DNA of 64,000 bases from Sphaerodactylus townsendi (lineage: Eukaryota), in the NCBI RefSeq assembly GCF_021028975.2, contig NC_059432.1, positions 37,014,001 to 37,078,000 on the forward strand. The letters run 5' to 3'. A program made the translations under genes and the position numbers. Positions within the stretch are counted from its first letter, which is position 1. Every line of letters begins with the position of its first letter. Below are positions 26,212 to 38,800 of the stretch, one piece after another. The notes below the pieces were generated by a model. The model did no database searches, was not told where the DNA came from, and saw nothing but the letters and a program-made list of their open reading frames with translations.

Positions 26212-29200
26212 ATGTCATTTGAACAAGAACAATCTTTTTACATTGAAAAGGCAAGCTTATTAAAAGATAATGTGTTGGATAGCACATCTGATTCAGTATC
26301 AGAAATTGTTGTTCAAAAGTCTACACCTCAGCTTGCGATTTCGGACATTTTCTCCTATGGATTTAAAGATGTGAAAATAGAATTGCCCAGGGTGAATATC
26401 CCCAATGAAGTGATAGGTAAACATGAAATTGACAGATACATAAAATTGTTCCGATGTAAAGAGAAAGCTGCAACTGTGTTTTTCAAGAAAGAGGATACAA
26501 ATGATAGCTATCCAAATTGTTCTGAGGTTTTTGCTCCACAAAATAAAGCGGAACAACACCACGAAGAGGAATTGAAAACGTCTGCAAAAATACTGAATTT
26601 TAGCTGTACAAAATGCAGAAGCAACATTCGGTACAGCCCAAATGATTTACAGAAACACTTTCAGCTGCTGCATCATGGAGAGTTGCCATCCTACCCCTGT
26701 GAAATGTGTGATTTTTCAGCTAATGACTTTCAGTCATTTAACCAACACCGTCGGACACATCGTAGCACTTTAGTGAAATGTGAAATCTGTAATGATGAAC
26801 ATAGATATACGTTGTTGGATTTGACAAAACATTTCACATCTAGGCATTGCGTAAATGGTCATTTTCAATGTGCAAGATGCAGCTTTTCTACCCTAGATGT
26901 AGGCACGTTTGTTCAGCATATTCATAAGCACAATGAAATAAAGTGTAAGTGTGATAAATGTCAACATATAAGTTTCTCGAAAGAAGAGTTTCAAAAACAT
27001 GCTATTTCACACTCTGGCACATTTCCCTTTAGTTGTCAGTATTGCAGTTACATGGCATCGCGGAAAACCTATCTTTTAAAACATATTATTGCTTTGCACA
27101 GAGACCATCTCTATGCAAAAGATAACATGGATACAGGCAGCAGTGAAAAGAAGATGGAGACTTCAGCAGGACTTAAACTTATCTTGAAAAGGTACAGAAC
27201 AGGGGCTTCAAGAAAGGCACTATGGAGACGCAAAAGAATTTCCAGTGGCAGCTGTGGGATTGAAGATGCACAAATTGTTGGAGATGCAAATAACGTAGAT
27301 TCTAAATCTGAAGAGATAAGCCCGTCTGCAAAAGATATGCAGTTAAATGAAGACCACATGTTTCTTAGTGAAAAGCATATTCACAGTGGCACAAAATCCC
27401 CTACAGCACTGCAGTACAGTAGAGCAGAAGATGGTTTGTGTTCTGGACGGGGATTGTTGAAAAAAGCTGTTCGTGGTCCTACCGTGATGATGGTAAAAAA
27501 TAATAAGATATCAGTTCCAGCAAACTACAGTGCTAAATTTATGGGATTCAAAATGGTGGATGGAAAGCAGCATATAGTAATAAAACTTCTACCCAAACCA
27601 AAATTGCCTGCCGTTGATAAAATTGATGGGGTGAAAGATATTTCAGCAGAATGTCTTCAGCGTGACAACCACAGTTTACTTTCAGGTGCTGGACCTCATG
27701 AAGGTAATCAACAGATGTCTACAAATAATTCTGTTCCCTCATTAATGTCTGCATTATCTAATCCATATTCAAGAAAAATAAAGCAGGAAAGTAACAGTTG
27801 CTATAATTGGAATACATCTCATTCTGTTGTACCTCCTGTTGTGCTCACAGGAAAATGTGCTACTCGTTTTCCATTGAAGCCAGATACTGCCATACTTGAT
27901 TCTGGTTCAGTGTCACAGACTGGAATGAAAGATAATGTTTCCTGGAGGAATAGTATACCTCAAGATCATCCTCAGGTGTTACCTTCTGCTGGAACAAACC
28001 TGCTCCGTCAATGCCCCATGAAGAAAACATTTTCTTCAGAATTCAAAATACTGAATAGTGAAGTAAACAGGAATAATAAATACGATAATGTTTATTATCC
28101 AACTGATGGTTCTAATCAAACAACATTGCCTTTCCATAATTACTCTAAAATAGGCATTCTGGATACATCCAAGGAGCTTTTGTCTAGCAAGACCTTTCCT
28201 GTGCAAAGCAGCCTTTTGGGTGAAACCACAACATGTTTTCCACAGTCTGCAGCAGAATTAAACGTAGAAAAAAGATCCTCAGTGCCACCTGTTTATGGCA
28301 ATGTAAATACATACAATGCTCCAGTATTTTCAACTAGTCGGTCAAAATATGCCATTGATGGACAGTGTTGTACAGAAAATCATCATGACAGCAAGCAATA
28401 TTTGAATACGAGGGTAAATCAAGTATTGGAACATATAGCTGAAAACTCGAAACATGACAATGCCTCTAATTGTATTAATTCATGTATGCCTAAAATAACA
28501 TCAGTTTTTTCACTCCAGAGTAATCAGGCATTTAATTATTTGTCACGCGATGTAAATCAGTCATTACAAGATGTGTTAAAAGTAAAACCAACTAATCAAC
28601 CCCAAAAGTACATAAAAACTGATTATGATCAATCATTTTCAAATAGCTCAGATTACAAAACAGTTTTACCCTTCAAAGACCAAACAGCTATGACTAGCTT
28701 AGGCCATTCTCCTGATACATTCAGAAGAGACCTAAATGTAAACTTCAATGCAACGAAAGAAAGTGTGAATTTCTGGAATGAAAGACGGGTTCCAATAACA
28801 TCTCTTCGAACACAAGAAACACAGTCAACTCCAAGGACAGCAGGAATTGGGGCATTACGTAAAACTCAGGCAGATGCAATCATAACACAACAGCTGGCAA
28901 AAGATAAATTGCACTACACCATCCATGGATCTAATGCTACTTATCCATCCCTTTCAGAACAGAAGAAAGCAGTGCTACTTCAGTCATCTTCATCAAGGTA
29001 TTTTGTCCCTTTGCGCCTTGCCCACCAACAAGGATTACAGGTTATTACAGGAAAACCTTCTCCAAGCAAAAGTTCATCAGATACTCAGGCAACAAGACCT
29101 ACATCGTTACTTTTAAACAAAGGACCCGGAATGATTTTGACATTTGGTAGTGGGCCACTTGGAGCAATTGCAAATGCCACTGAAAATAATTCTCAGGTTT

Positions 29201-30705
29201 TAGATAAGTTTTTGTCTAAAGAGTGTGCTAAAGAAGCATCTACATCACAGCTGGAGTTGAAAACAGGAAGTTCCAGAAGTGTACAAAATTCTTTTAGTGT
29301 TAGTGCATGCAGTGGAGCAGGAAGTTCTTCATCGGTTCATCTGCCACATAAGGAGCCACTTAACATTACTAATTCAGGTGTCTGTCATGACAGTGGAATT
29401 TCCTCTGTGAAAATATTAACAGGTTATCAGGGCAGTAAAGCTGACTCCTTGGAGTCAAGAAAACAACAGGAGATTGGACAAGAACAACCTGTTTATGCAC
29501 TTTTGCCCAATGGCAGACAGGCAGTTTTTCTAAAATGTATGTCGCCAAACAAGTCTCTAGTACAGAACCATAATGTTTTTCAAGGTACTGCTTGTACTCA
29601 AAATACTGAACCAAAGAAATCTGGAGCAATGCAACAAAAGCTTTTTTGGAAAATTAAGACCTTTCCTGCTACAGAGAACTGTCAACCAGTTAGCAATGCT
29701 GTGTCATCTTTACAATTCAATAATATGCATTCCCTTAATAGCCCTGCACTAGAGCAAAAAAGGACAGCTTTTTCTTCTAGTGATGCCTTAATCTTACCAG
29801 GTATATTGATGCCAGAAAATGCCTGTTTGTCAAGCTGTAAATCCAAGGATCCTTTCACTTCTGTAGAATCTGTACATTCCTCCAAACCTGTGAAGACACG
29901 GTCTCAAAAATGTCCATCCAACCCAGCACAAAAAATACCCAACAAAGGGAGCAGTTTTGGAAGCCAGCTGTCAACAGGAACAATGACAAATAAAATTTCA
30001 AAACCCAAGCAGCATTCAAAGCAAACTAATGTTAAAGTTTCGAATATAGCCTCACAGAAGAACAGGAATTTGAAGCGGAAAGCTAAGGATGACCTTCAGC
30101 AATACCCTAGAAAGAAAATGTTGCATCGAAAGTGTAAAGAAAAAAATCAAATGGATATCAGTGAATTGGAATCTTTGATTCAGGCTCCTTGTACACAGAA
30201 AGTGTCAAAAGACACTGTGAGGATTCTAAAATTACTCCCTTTCAATTCTAAACAACTTATTAAATGCCCCCGAAGAAATCAGCCAGTTGTTGTACTAAAT
30301 CATCCTGATGCAGATGTTCCAGAAGTTGAAAATGTTATGAAGACTATTGCTAAATTTAAAGGACATGTACTAAAGGTTTCTTTGTCAAAGAGAACTATCG
30401 ACGCTCTTTTGGAACCAGCATATTGTAGTAACAGTTTGTATATAATTGCCAATGACCTCCCCCAAAGGAAGCGCAGATTGCTGAAACCTGTTAGCCCTGT
30501 AAAAGAGCGGTTCGTGTTAAAATTAACACTGAAGAAGACTAGCAAAAACAATTATCAGATTGTTAAAACTACCTCTGATAATACGCTGAAGACTAAATTT
30601 AGTTGCTGGTTTTGTGGGAGGATATTTGACAATCAGGATAAATGGGTGGGGCACGGGCAGCGTCATCTAATGGAAGCCACTCGAGACTGGAATTCATTAG
30701 GGTAA
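26212..30705 (+). CDS. ZNF518A: Zinc finger protein 518A, single large coding exon (1497 aa)
   Basis: Uninterrupted 4.5 kb ORF. N-terminal C2H2 cluster (SAKILNFSCTKC..RYSPNDLQKHF..HHGELPSYPCEMC) and C-terminus (CPRRNQPVVVLNHPDADVPEV..FSCWFCGRIFDNQDKWVGHGQRHLMEATRDWN) match recalled human ZNF518A. Convergent with BLNK as in human. Upstream acceptor ttttatttcag ends at 26103. Confidence 0.96.
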   Translation: MSFEQEQSFYIEKASLLKDNVLDSTSDSVSEIVVQKSTPQLAISDIFSYGFKDVKIELPRVNIPNEVIGKHEIDRYIKLFRCKEKAATVFFKKEDTNDSYPNCSEVFAPQNKAEQHHEEELKTSAKILNFSCTKCRSNIRYSPNDLQKHFQLLHHGELPSYPCEMCDFSANDFQSFNQHRRTHRSTLVKCEICNDEHRYTLLDLTKHFTSRHCVNGHFQCARCSFSTLDVGTFVQHIHKHNEIKCKCDKCQHISFSKEEFQKHAISHSGTFPFSCQYCSYMASRKTYLLKHIIALHRDHLYAKDNMDTGSSEKKMETSAGLKLILKRYRTGASRKALWRRKRISSGSCGIEDAQIVGDANNVDSKSEEISPSAKDMQLNEDHMFLSEKHIHSGTKSPTALQYSRAEDGLCSGRGLLKKAVRGPTVMMVKNNKISVPANYSAKFMGFKMVDGKQHIVIKLLPKPKLPAVDKIDGVKDISAECLQRDNHSLLSGAGPHEGNQQMSTNNSVPSLMSALSNPYSRKIKQESNSCYNWNTSHSVVPPVVLTGKCATRFPLKPDTAILDSGSVSQTGMKDNVSWRNSIPQDHPQVLPSAGTNLLRQCPMKKTFSSEFKILNSEVNRNNKYDNVYYPTDGSNQTTLPFHNYSKIGILDTSKELLSSKTFPVQSSLLGETTTCFPQSAAELNVEKRSSVPPVYGNVNTYNAPVFSTSRSKYAIDGQCCTENHHDSKQYLNTRVNQVLEHIAENSKHDNASNCINSCMPKITSVFSLQSNQAFNYLSRDVNQSLQDVLKVKPTNQPQKYIKTDYDQSFSNSSDYKTVLPFKDQTAMTSLGHSPDTFRRDLNVNFNATKESVNFWNERRVPITSLRTQETQSTPRTAGIGALRKTQADAIITQQLAKDKLHYTIHGSNATYPSLSEQKKAVLLQSSSSRYFVPLRLAHQQGLQVITGKPSPSKSSSDTQATRPTSLLLNKGPGMILTFGSGPLGAIANATENNSQVLDKFLSKECAKEASTSQLELKTGSSRSVQNSFSVSACSGAGSSSSVHLPHKEPLNITNSGVCHDSGISSVKILTGYQGSKADSLESRKQQEIGQEQPVYALLPNGRQAVFLKCMSPNKSLVQNHNVFQGTACTQNTEPKKSGAMQQKLFWKIKTFPATENCQPVSNAVSSLQFNNMHSLNSPALEQKRTAFSSSDALILPGILMPENACLSSCKSKDPFTSVESVHSSKPVKTRSQKCPSNPAQKIPNKGSSFGSQLSTGTMTNKISKPKQHSKQTNVKVSNIASQKNRNLKRKAKDDLQQYPRKKMLHRKCKEKNQMDISELESLIQAPCTQKVSKDTVRILKLLPFNSKQLIKCPRRNQPVVVLNHPDADVPEVENVMKTIAKFKGHVLKVSLSKRTIDALLEPAYCSNSLYIIANDLPQRKRRLLKPVSPVKERFVLKLTLKKTSKNNYQIVKTTSDNTLKTKFSCWFCGRIFDNQDKWVGHGQRHLMEATRDWNSLG

Positions 30706-33299
30706 TTTATTATGGTTAGTGAAGCAGGCAAAACAAAGTCAATCTGATCACAAATTTTGGATGGCAGCCGTGTGCTAGATGCGTTTTTTAAAAGGAGGAG
30801 CAAGTTTTTGTGGTAGCATCTGAAATGAACGTGTATGAATTTAAATTAAATAGTTGCAATTGCAGTGTAAATTGCATTTTGTTACTACTATCATGTCATA
30901 TATTTTTATTTAGAAAATGAATTTCAGGGCTTTTGTTCTGTATATATTTAAAATCAAATTGTGTACATATTTTTGTACTTTAGTTATTTGCTATAAATCT
31001 TGCACAGGAATTGTATTTTTTCCAGCTCTGTGCATGCACTACTAAAAAGTTTTTTCAGCTACACACAGCTATTGCCGTATTTTTTCCTTGATCTTAAAAA
31101 CAAAAACATTTTCTTTTCCAGGGATTGTTGTTAGCAAGTGCCTAAAAGATGTGAAGCAGTTTACTGTATACCCATTGGTCCGCATAGGATCAGGGTTCCT
31201 AACAGTTTCTTTTTAACAAAGCCATATGTGAATGCTTTAAGCTATATTGCTATGCACATGACACTTGTACTATTTCTGTGCAGTTTGTCTACTTTCTTAG
31301 TGGAGTATTTTTCATATAAATCAATAAACATGTTACTGTGCTTAAGCCTAAGAATGAAATTGGTTGGAAATGTATTTGCAATGTGTACGGTGTTTCAGTG
31401 ATTTTTTGTTGTTCTAGAAATCTGATGTTGACTTTTAACGTTCACTATGGGTGTGTGTGTGTGCTAATTGATATTTCTTTTTTATTAGGAGTGCTTCAAG
31501 TTTGATTTTCTTACATTTGATGCTTCACATAGTTCCAGTGAATCATTTGGTACTCCATAGAAAAATACTCTTCTGTGTTTGGGCATCTTTCTGATTCAGA
31601 CTAAAATCATGTTTTTACCATCTTCATTGTATGTCTTGCTCCGAATTATGGAACTTATTTTGACAATTATTGACTAGTTAGGAAATTATTGACAATACAG
31701 CACTGGATGGTTGGGTTGTACGGATGGTGTTTGATTTTTGCCTAGGTTCCTCAGGCTTTTATTTGTGTTGATTTACCATCTACTCTACAAAATCTCTTAA
31801 GATCATAACCTAAAGTGTCAAGTAAGTCAAAATATTTTAAATTTTTCCCCGTGAAAGATGGGATGGCATCTTTAACTGTATTAACCTGCTGGGATGCTAC
31901 TTACTGAATAGAAATTTGAACCTTAATAACATTGATGAGCTCTCCCTTGCATCCATTACACTGGGATTGCAGTATTGCAACTGAGATTTATTGCATATGT
32001 TTAATGATGGTGTATTCTTGGCCTGGAAACAAAGGATTTTCTGTCATGGCATAGGATATATATAGTGTTCCAGTAAATGTGGTACAATCTGTAAACAGTC
32101 ATTTCTCTTGTTCTGCTCTCTAAGTTGGAAAAGTGTCCACACATCTCCCAAGTTGTCTAACTTATTGAGACCCCTCCCAAAACAGTGTGGCCTGAAGCTT
32201 GTCCTCTATGTATTGGTAGAAATAATACACAAGTAAAATTAATTTCTATACTGGAAGTGAGCAATTAGTACTTGTTGCACATTGGTTGTAGAAAAATTAA
32301 TCCTATGACATTAACAGGGAACTTTTAAAGTATATTGAGCAGTAATATGATCTCATATTTGTAATATTTTTTTCAGTGTTTTAATGTTTATCTCAGGAAA
32401 ATGATCAACAAAAATTGAAATTCAGAATTACCTCAAGTTAAAAATGTTGTATAGATGCATACTCTGTGTTTGTATGGGATGTTTAAAATAATGAGTAAAG
32501 CATTCGTCTATATTGCAAATGAAACTAAAGAGTTTCCTGTTAAAAATGTGTAGCTAACGTTTAACTTTAAAAGCAGTCTTGAGTCTTAAATCACTTGAAC
32601 AGACTTTTGATATGTAATAAATATATTTATATATGGTGATTTTATAGGTTTACCAAAAGAGGGCTAGGATGATGAATCATTCCATGTGTAGACTTTTCAA
32701 CTTACGTATACATAAAACTTTTTTTGGTATTCAAAGTCACAAGTAGACACAATGAATGTGACTGAGTTCAAAGTAACATGCAACTCACAGAGGAAATGTA
32801 AAGCTGTTGCATGGATTTTTGAAATTAATTTGCCTTCCACAAAAGTTCCGTCAATTAGCTTGAGCTGCAGAGTATCTAGCCTGAGCGTTTGTAACGTGGC
32901 TTATCTCTGCTATTGCAGAGCTATTCTCCATGCTTCATAAATTAGTTTATGCCAGCTGACTACATTTTTGCCATTATTTTTGTAATATTGTCACAGCTAA
33001 CAAAATTGTACCATTTCATACTTTTAAAAAATATGTTCTAATGATTGTGAGTAAACATTACTATTCAGAAGAGTTGGATGCAATTAAATGGTATTCTATT
33101 CTAAGAATACTACTTTAAGTGTTGGAAAAATTCCAATATATTTTCTAGCTGGGGTAAGTCAAGACCTGAAGATAGTTTGCCATCCCTTTCAACATACTGA
33201 TAGGAATTACTAATCAATAAATCAACCTTGTTAATCAGATACTGTGATGGAATAGTACTGTAAAACTAGCAAAGTCACATATGACTGTGAAAAGCATCT

Positions 33300-33670
33300 T
33301 TGCCTTTTGATCTCCTGGAGGGAGGACAGGAAACTATGCGGAGGTGCTAGGCTGAAACTTCAAAGGCCTAAGTTACCTCGTGGCCTGAACAGAGTTTTCC
33401 TGGGAAGGGGAAAACAAAGGTTTTGGAATTCCATCTTGAGACGTGGTCAGAGAAGCATCTCTGGGCCATGGGTTCCCGGAACGGGGACAAAGAACCAAAA
33501 GGGACATAACCACCTAAGCAATCCCTTAAAACGGCAATCATGTTTTATTTCTTTGATTCCGTTCTTCAATAAAAATCGTTGAGACCTCAGCTGGTTGGAG
33601 TTATTGGAAAAAAGAACCCAGGTTTTAATGAAACAAGCATGGCTCTCCCAGGTTTGCTTTCATGATAGAT
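33300..33670 (+). repeat. Dispersed repeat (LTR-like); its 3' ~95 bp recur at 4469-4570
   Basis: aaatcgttgaga.ctcagctggtt..ggaaaaaagaaccca.g.ttt..gcatggctc.cccagg shared between both sites. Confidence 0.55.
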
Positions 33671-35125
33671 ACATAAAAATGACCTCTACAAATATCAATA
33701 AAATATTATTAAATGCTAGGTTTTTATGCATATCTACTGAAAATAAGTGCATGTTTGTACTGTTGGACTCCTTCATCCTTACCTGTGTTTAATTGTACAT
33801 GAACCAAACAAAGCACTGGTTGACATTGCTTTACTGAGTGGAAAGTAGAACTAAGACGTTTCATTTTTGCAAGTAATATTTGGAATTGACTGAATTTGGA
33901 GGCATCAACTAAGTATGTATGTATGTAGAAATGTGTGCAAAAAGTTTTTATGCTGTGAAAATATAAATAGACTGGCTGTTTTGGGAAGAAATAGCTTAGT
34001 TGGCTATAACATCCTAGTCTCTGAGCTACATAACTGTACTTTGATACTAGAATATTCCTGATATAAAATAAATGCCAGTTGCATAGCAACACAGAAAGTA
34101 TGATTTGCCTGAGACATTCAGTTTGGCTTTTCCAATTATATTATTTAGTACAATAAGAAAAAGTTACCTATTTAACTATACAGACTAGTAAAATAACCAT
34201 GTGCTTCTTGTGCAGAGATATATTTGCTCCTGTATCCTGTTTGTCATCAGAGCCATGACAAAAACATCCTTGTGACTTTAGATGTCTGCTTTAAACTGTT
34301 TTAATAGAAAATCTTTGAAACATTAGACATATTTTCAGAAGTAAAAGAAAATTAAGTAATTTATCACATCTGATATGTCTTGGAATGTATATTCTGTTTC
34401 TCCAAAATGTTGTACTCTTTTGTTTGAAGAAACTGTAGAATAACAGTTGCAGAATTTGATAGTAAAAAAATCAGGCCTGATGAAATGGAAGTGAAGGAAA
34501 CGATGGCTATGAATATGGATTTTGAATGGAAAAGAGAAATGGGGTTAAAGGTCCATGGGTTAAAGGTTGGTTATTGTAAAATGAAAGTAGAATCTTGCAG
34601 TAGTGTATACTATGTATTTTTTAGTCTCAGTGCTATAGTTTACAAAAATTCACATCTTAAAAGTGTGTCTATCTCCCATTGCTAATTAAGATGAAAAGTC
34701 AGTTGCTGGATCTTTGCTGGGTTACTGCCACACTGCTGAACCTCTAAAAGCCTGTCTCGGAACACAGTAGTTTAGTCTGAAAAGTGAGTAGTGTTTCTCG
34801 TTTAAAATTCAATTTTCTTCATGATAGAAGAAAATAATATCTTAGTTCTAGTGAACGAAAGTTAGAATAGACCTGCACCTATCTTGTATAAATAATGAAG
34901 TCTTAAGATTCCAAGAACCCATTCCTTAAGATCCAATCAGTTTTAAGCTAATAGATTGCCTGTTGAATATGAATATTTGAACAGCCATAGCATGCAGATC
35001 TAAGTTTGAATCTAAGCAGAATTTGAGTGGTAGATATGATGTGCTTTTAATGTGACAGCTACAAAGTGCTTGATGACAATACATCCACACATGCACTCAA
35101 ATCACGGTAACAGAAATTTAGTTCT

Positions 35126-35155
35126 TTTAATATATTTACATGTTCTTTTAATAAA
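35126..35155. terminator. Candidate polyadenylation signals: ATTAAA on - (35126-31, 35147-52; BLNK) overlapping AATAAA on + (35150-55)
   Basis: Hexamers seen directly about 550 nt past the BLNK stop; another - strand AATAAA at 35547-52; usage unverified. Confidence 0.4.
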
Positions 35156-35698
35156 AACAAACCATGTAACAATTGTTCCAACAAATACAACTGATACTAT
35201 TATGAAATTGATTACATCATACTGAAATTCTGAGTTGTCTTTTGGATTTCTGTCCTGACAAACCTATCTTTAACTTATAAGGAGCAGCTTATCTTGGCAT
35301 AGATATTCTCAAGTGACCAATTTATAAACTTCACATGAACAGTAGCAACAATGTTATGGAAGGTACAATCCCTACAAACGTATTAAACAATTCCATTCGA
35401 ACAGGGAGTATTCTGTTTCTCTCTGAAGTCTTGAGAAAAAATAAATTTCAAGTATATAACTGCTCAAGTATGAATTTGGAACACCTACATCGTTACTGAA
35501 GTCACAACATCAAATTAACCCTGGTTCTCTTATAAAATTGTGTGGTTTTATTTTAAAAAGTGGCTCTTGCTGGTAAAGCTTCTGGAGAAAGTCTCCTAAT
35601 CATAGGTTTAGATTCTTGTCCAAATGCTTGGTCTTGAATTGTGTCAGAAGAAGAAAGAGGCCAACAATATTTTCCATATTGAGTTCTTAATGCAACCT

Positions 35699-35815
35699 TT
35701 AAACTCTAGTAATAAATTTTAGTTTGGTAGAGTCTTTGGTGTTGTTTTGACTGTCAATGAGAACGAGAGAATTTCGCTGGTGATTTTCTATTATTTCTGT
35801 CACGCTGTCGAAGCG
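35699..35815 (-). CDS. BLNK: BLNK last coding exon: RFDSVTEIIENHQRNSLVLIDSQNNTKDSTKLKFITRV*
   Basis: atccag|CGC...TAA; LVLIDSQNNTKDST identical to human. Confidence 0.97.
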   Translation of the reverse strand, partial: RFDSVTEIIENHQRNSLVLIDSQNNTKDSTKLKFITRV

Positions 35816-38800
35816 CTGGATTGAGAAAACAGATAAGATGATTTACTTAGCATTGTTTCAAAGATGAGTCCTCTAATTCAGCCAGTTACTATAGCTGAAA
35901 TTTTTTTCATTGCTATTCCTGATATTTAATAAGTAAACAATGGTTATAATAACAATGATTCTGTAATTTTTGAAAATATAAATACCAATTCCGCAGAGAG
36001 ATTGCTCAAAGTAGCTCATAGAAAACTTAAAGGGAAATACTCTGTAGTCTTATTCTGGAACATTATGAAAATAGCCCAACATTTCATTAGAAGAATTTTT
36101 TAATGTCCTTTGGTGATAAATTAATTTAATAATATATTCCTCTGCCCATTCCAAAATTACAACCAATCTCTCAGAACCTGTTTTCCCCCCATCTAGCAGC
36201 AAGGATTATTTTAGCAAACGGCAAGAAAGGTTAAGGCAGATTTCAAGCTGACAAAACAACCATCTTTAATAATTTTTAAAATATAACCTTTGGATTACAA
36301 GGTAAACTAATATTTTAACATATCATTGATGAAGTGGATTACAAAATCCAAAAAATTATCTATTTTTGCACAGCTGAAAAAAATGAACAAAATTGTTTGC
36401 ATGAGCAATAATATATAAGCAAAGTTGTTCAGTGCTAAATATGTTGCATCTATTTTATGCTAAGATTTTCTAGCAGGTGAGTAGTAAACTTGCATCAGAA
36501 AATGAGTTATTCTTGAAAAATAAGAGTGATATATTCAAAATATAAGAGAAATATGAAATCTGTTCCTGTTCAACCAGAAATTGTGTGTCAGAGAGAAGAG
36601 GTTAATTAGCAACAGCATAGTGTAAAACGGCTGAGTGTTTGATTCAACACTGAAATTTAGACAAATTGTTGCTTTATGATATGCACATACTTGTTTGCTC
36701 ACAAAGTGTTCTTAGGAAAATTCAAAAAAAGTTTTCACAAAAAAAATCTGTTCACGAAGACTAATTTCCCGACAGCCATGTCAGAACTTTTAACATTAGA
36801 GCAGTGTATTATAATTGGATGCAAACAATATGTTATGCAAGTTCTTTAAAGTATGTTTAAAATGATGCATTGACTTTAATAAATTGATTTCACAGGTTAA
36901 ATCCAAAGAACCATAAACAGAATGAAAATAGCCACTTGCACTGTTCTGCAAGTCCTTGTATAACTTGAAGATTTCATAACTTGAACAAGCAGAAACATAT
37001 CTTCAGATTTACAGCCCCATCCAGAGGGCGCAGGCCAAAAGGGCTTGAGGGAGTCTGGCAGGGCTTTGCACTGGCCCATTTGCCCTCCTGGGGCACTTAA
37101 CCCCGGGGGAGGTAACAGACACTCTGATGGCTACTTGCCCCTCATCCCCGCTGCTACAAACCCCAGAGATCTGGGTTGCGGCATGGGATAGGACAGGGTA
37201 ATCGGGTGGAGTGGGGGTGGAGCTGACATTAGCTGACTCCCACCCAGGGGTTAGAGCCTGGAGCCAGCAGTGCGCCGCCACAGCAGTACTACATCCCGCT
37301 CTCGAGAGCTTTAGATGGGGCTGCCTGTTCCTCAAATAATATGGTGTGAAACAGCCCCCAAGAACAATCACACTTTCCATATGTGGAAGAATAACTTTAG
37401 AAGATCCAACTCGGTAAGATTTTAAAAGTGCATGTTCCTCTTTTGTCTGCAGCCTATTCAACTGAATTGGACTTTTCTCCTAACTTCCTCCCCCTTTGAT
37501 TTGTACAAAATTTGGATAAATGATAATGCGACCTTTCTGCTTTTCTAGTCACAGTTCAGATTTCCCAGTATTATGGCTCACTTGGATTAAGATAATGTTT
37601 TATCTTTATTTAGATGCACATGTAAGAAAAGTAATGGTTATATGAGTTACTTTATGAGATCATGTAATGTTCACAAGCAGTGTAACTAAAATCCCAAAAT
37701 AGGTATTGAGGTATAAAGCAAAGTAGCAGTTGCCTACCTCCTCGCCACTTTTTTCTCTGCCTAGGGCATACTGTCTGGTTGACTCAATAAACCTAATAGG
37801 GATGTTATATACTCGTTTGTTGTAGAATACAACTAGTGTATATGGTTGCTTTGAGTCTTGTCCAGAACTTTTTCTTACTAGGAAAGATCCATCCTAAATC
37901 AAAGAAAAAACAAAGTAATTAGTTTATGTAGATAGAACATGAATTTTTCTAAATCTTCTGACAGATTGACAGAGTTGGTGGTGTTAACCATCCAAAAAAC
38001 ACTTATTAATGTACCAATGTCTCTAATATTTAATATACATACAATTAAACAATTACAAATAAGCTTTTGCAATGTATAACAAACGTTTCTCTGCACGAAT
38101 TAACATGACTTTTATATACATGAGCTTGTGTTATCTTGATTTATGCTAATAAAGGCGTGATTGATTGATAACATAAACAATCTCTACACAGACTTATTAC
38201 AAAGAAAGATAAACCAGTGGGGTGGGATGTGGTTTCTGGGCTGAAAGGCCGTGTTCTAGCAGCATTTTTTCCTGACGTTTTCGCCTGCATCTGTGGTTGG
38301 CATCTTCAGAGGATCTGAAGGAGAAAATGCTACTAGAACATGGCCATACGGCCCGGAAGCTACACAACTCTCCAGTGATTCCAACCGTGAAAGCCTTTGA
38401 CAATACAAATATAAACCAAATAGTTCCTCTGCAAAGGGCTCACAACCAGGCATGGAGACCAGAGCGGAGTGACAGGCCAGAGTCTTTATCCTAAAGAGCC
38501 AATTCTTACAAAACTAAGGGGGAAAAAAGGATTTTTGGTAGCCTTTTTGGAAAAGTATTTCTTTGGAAAATTACAAGTTAATGGGTCATCGTGAAGGTAT
38601 ATGAAGTCATTCAACAATTGGGGAATGACAGCCCACATGGATATTGTTCAGTGTCAGTTTTGTTGTGAGCCCTTTGCAAAGGGACTATTTGGTTTATGTT
38701 TCTTTGTAATAAGTCTGTGTAGAGATTATTTATGCTATTAAAAAAGGTAAAGTTTCCCCTTCAGTCTTGTCCGACCCTGGGATACCACTGCGAGCAGTGA

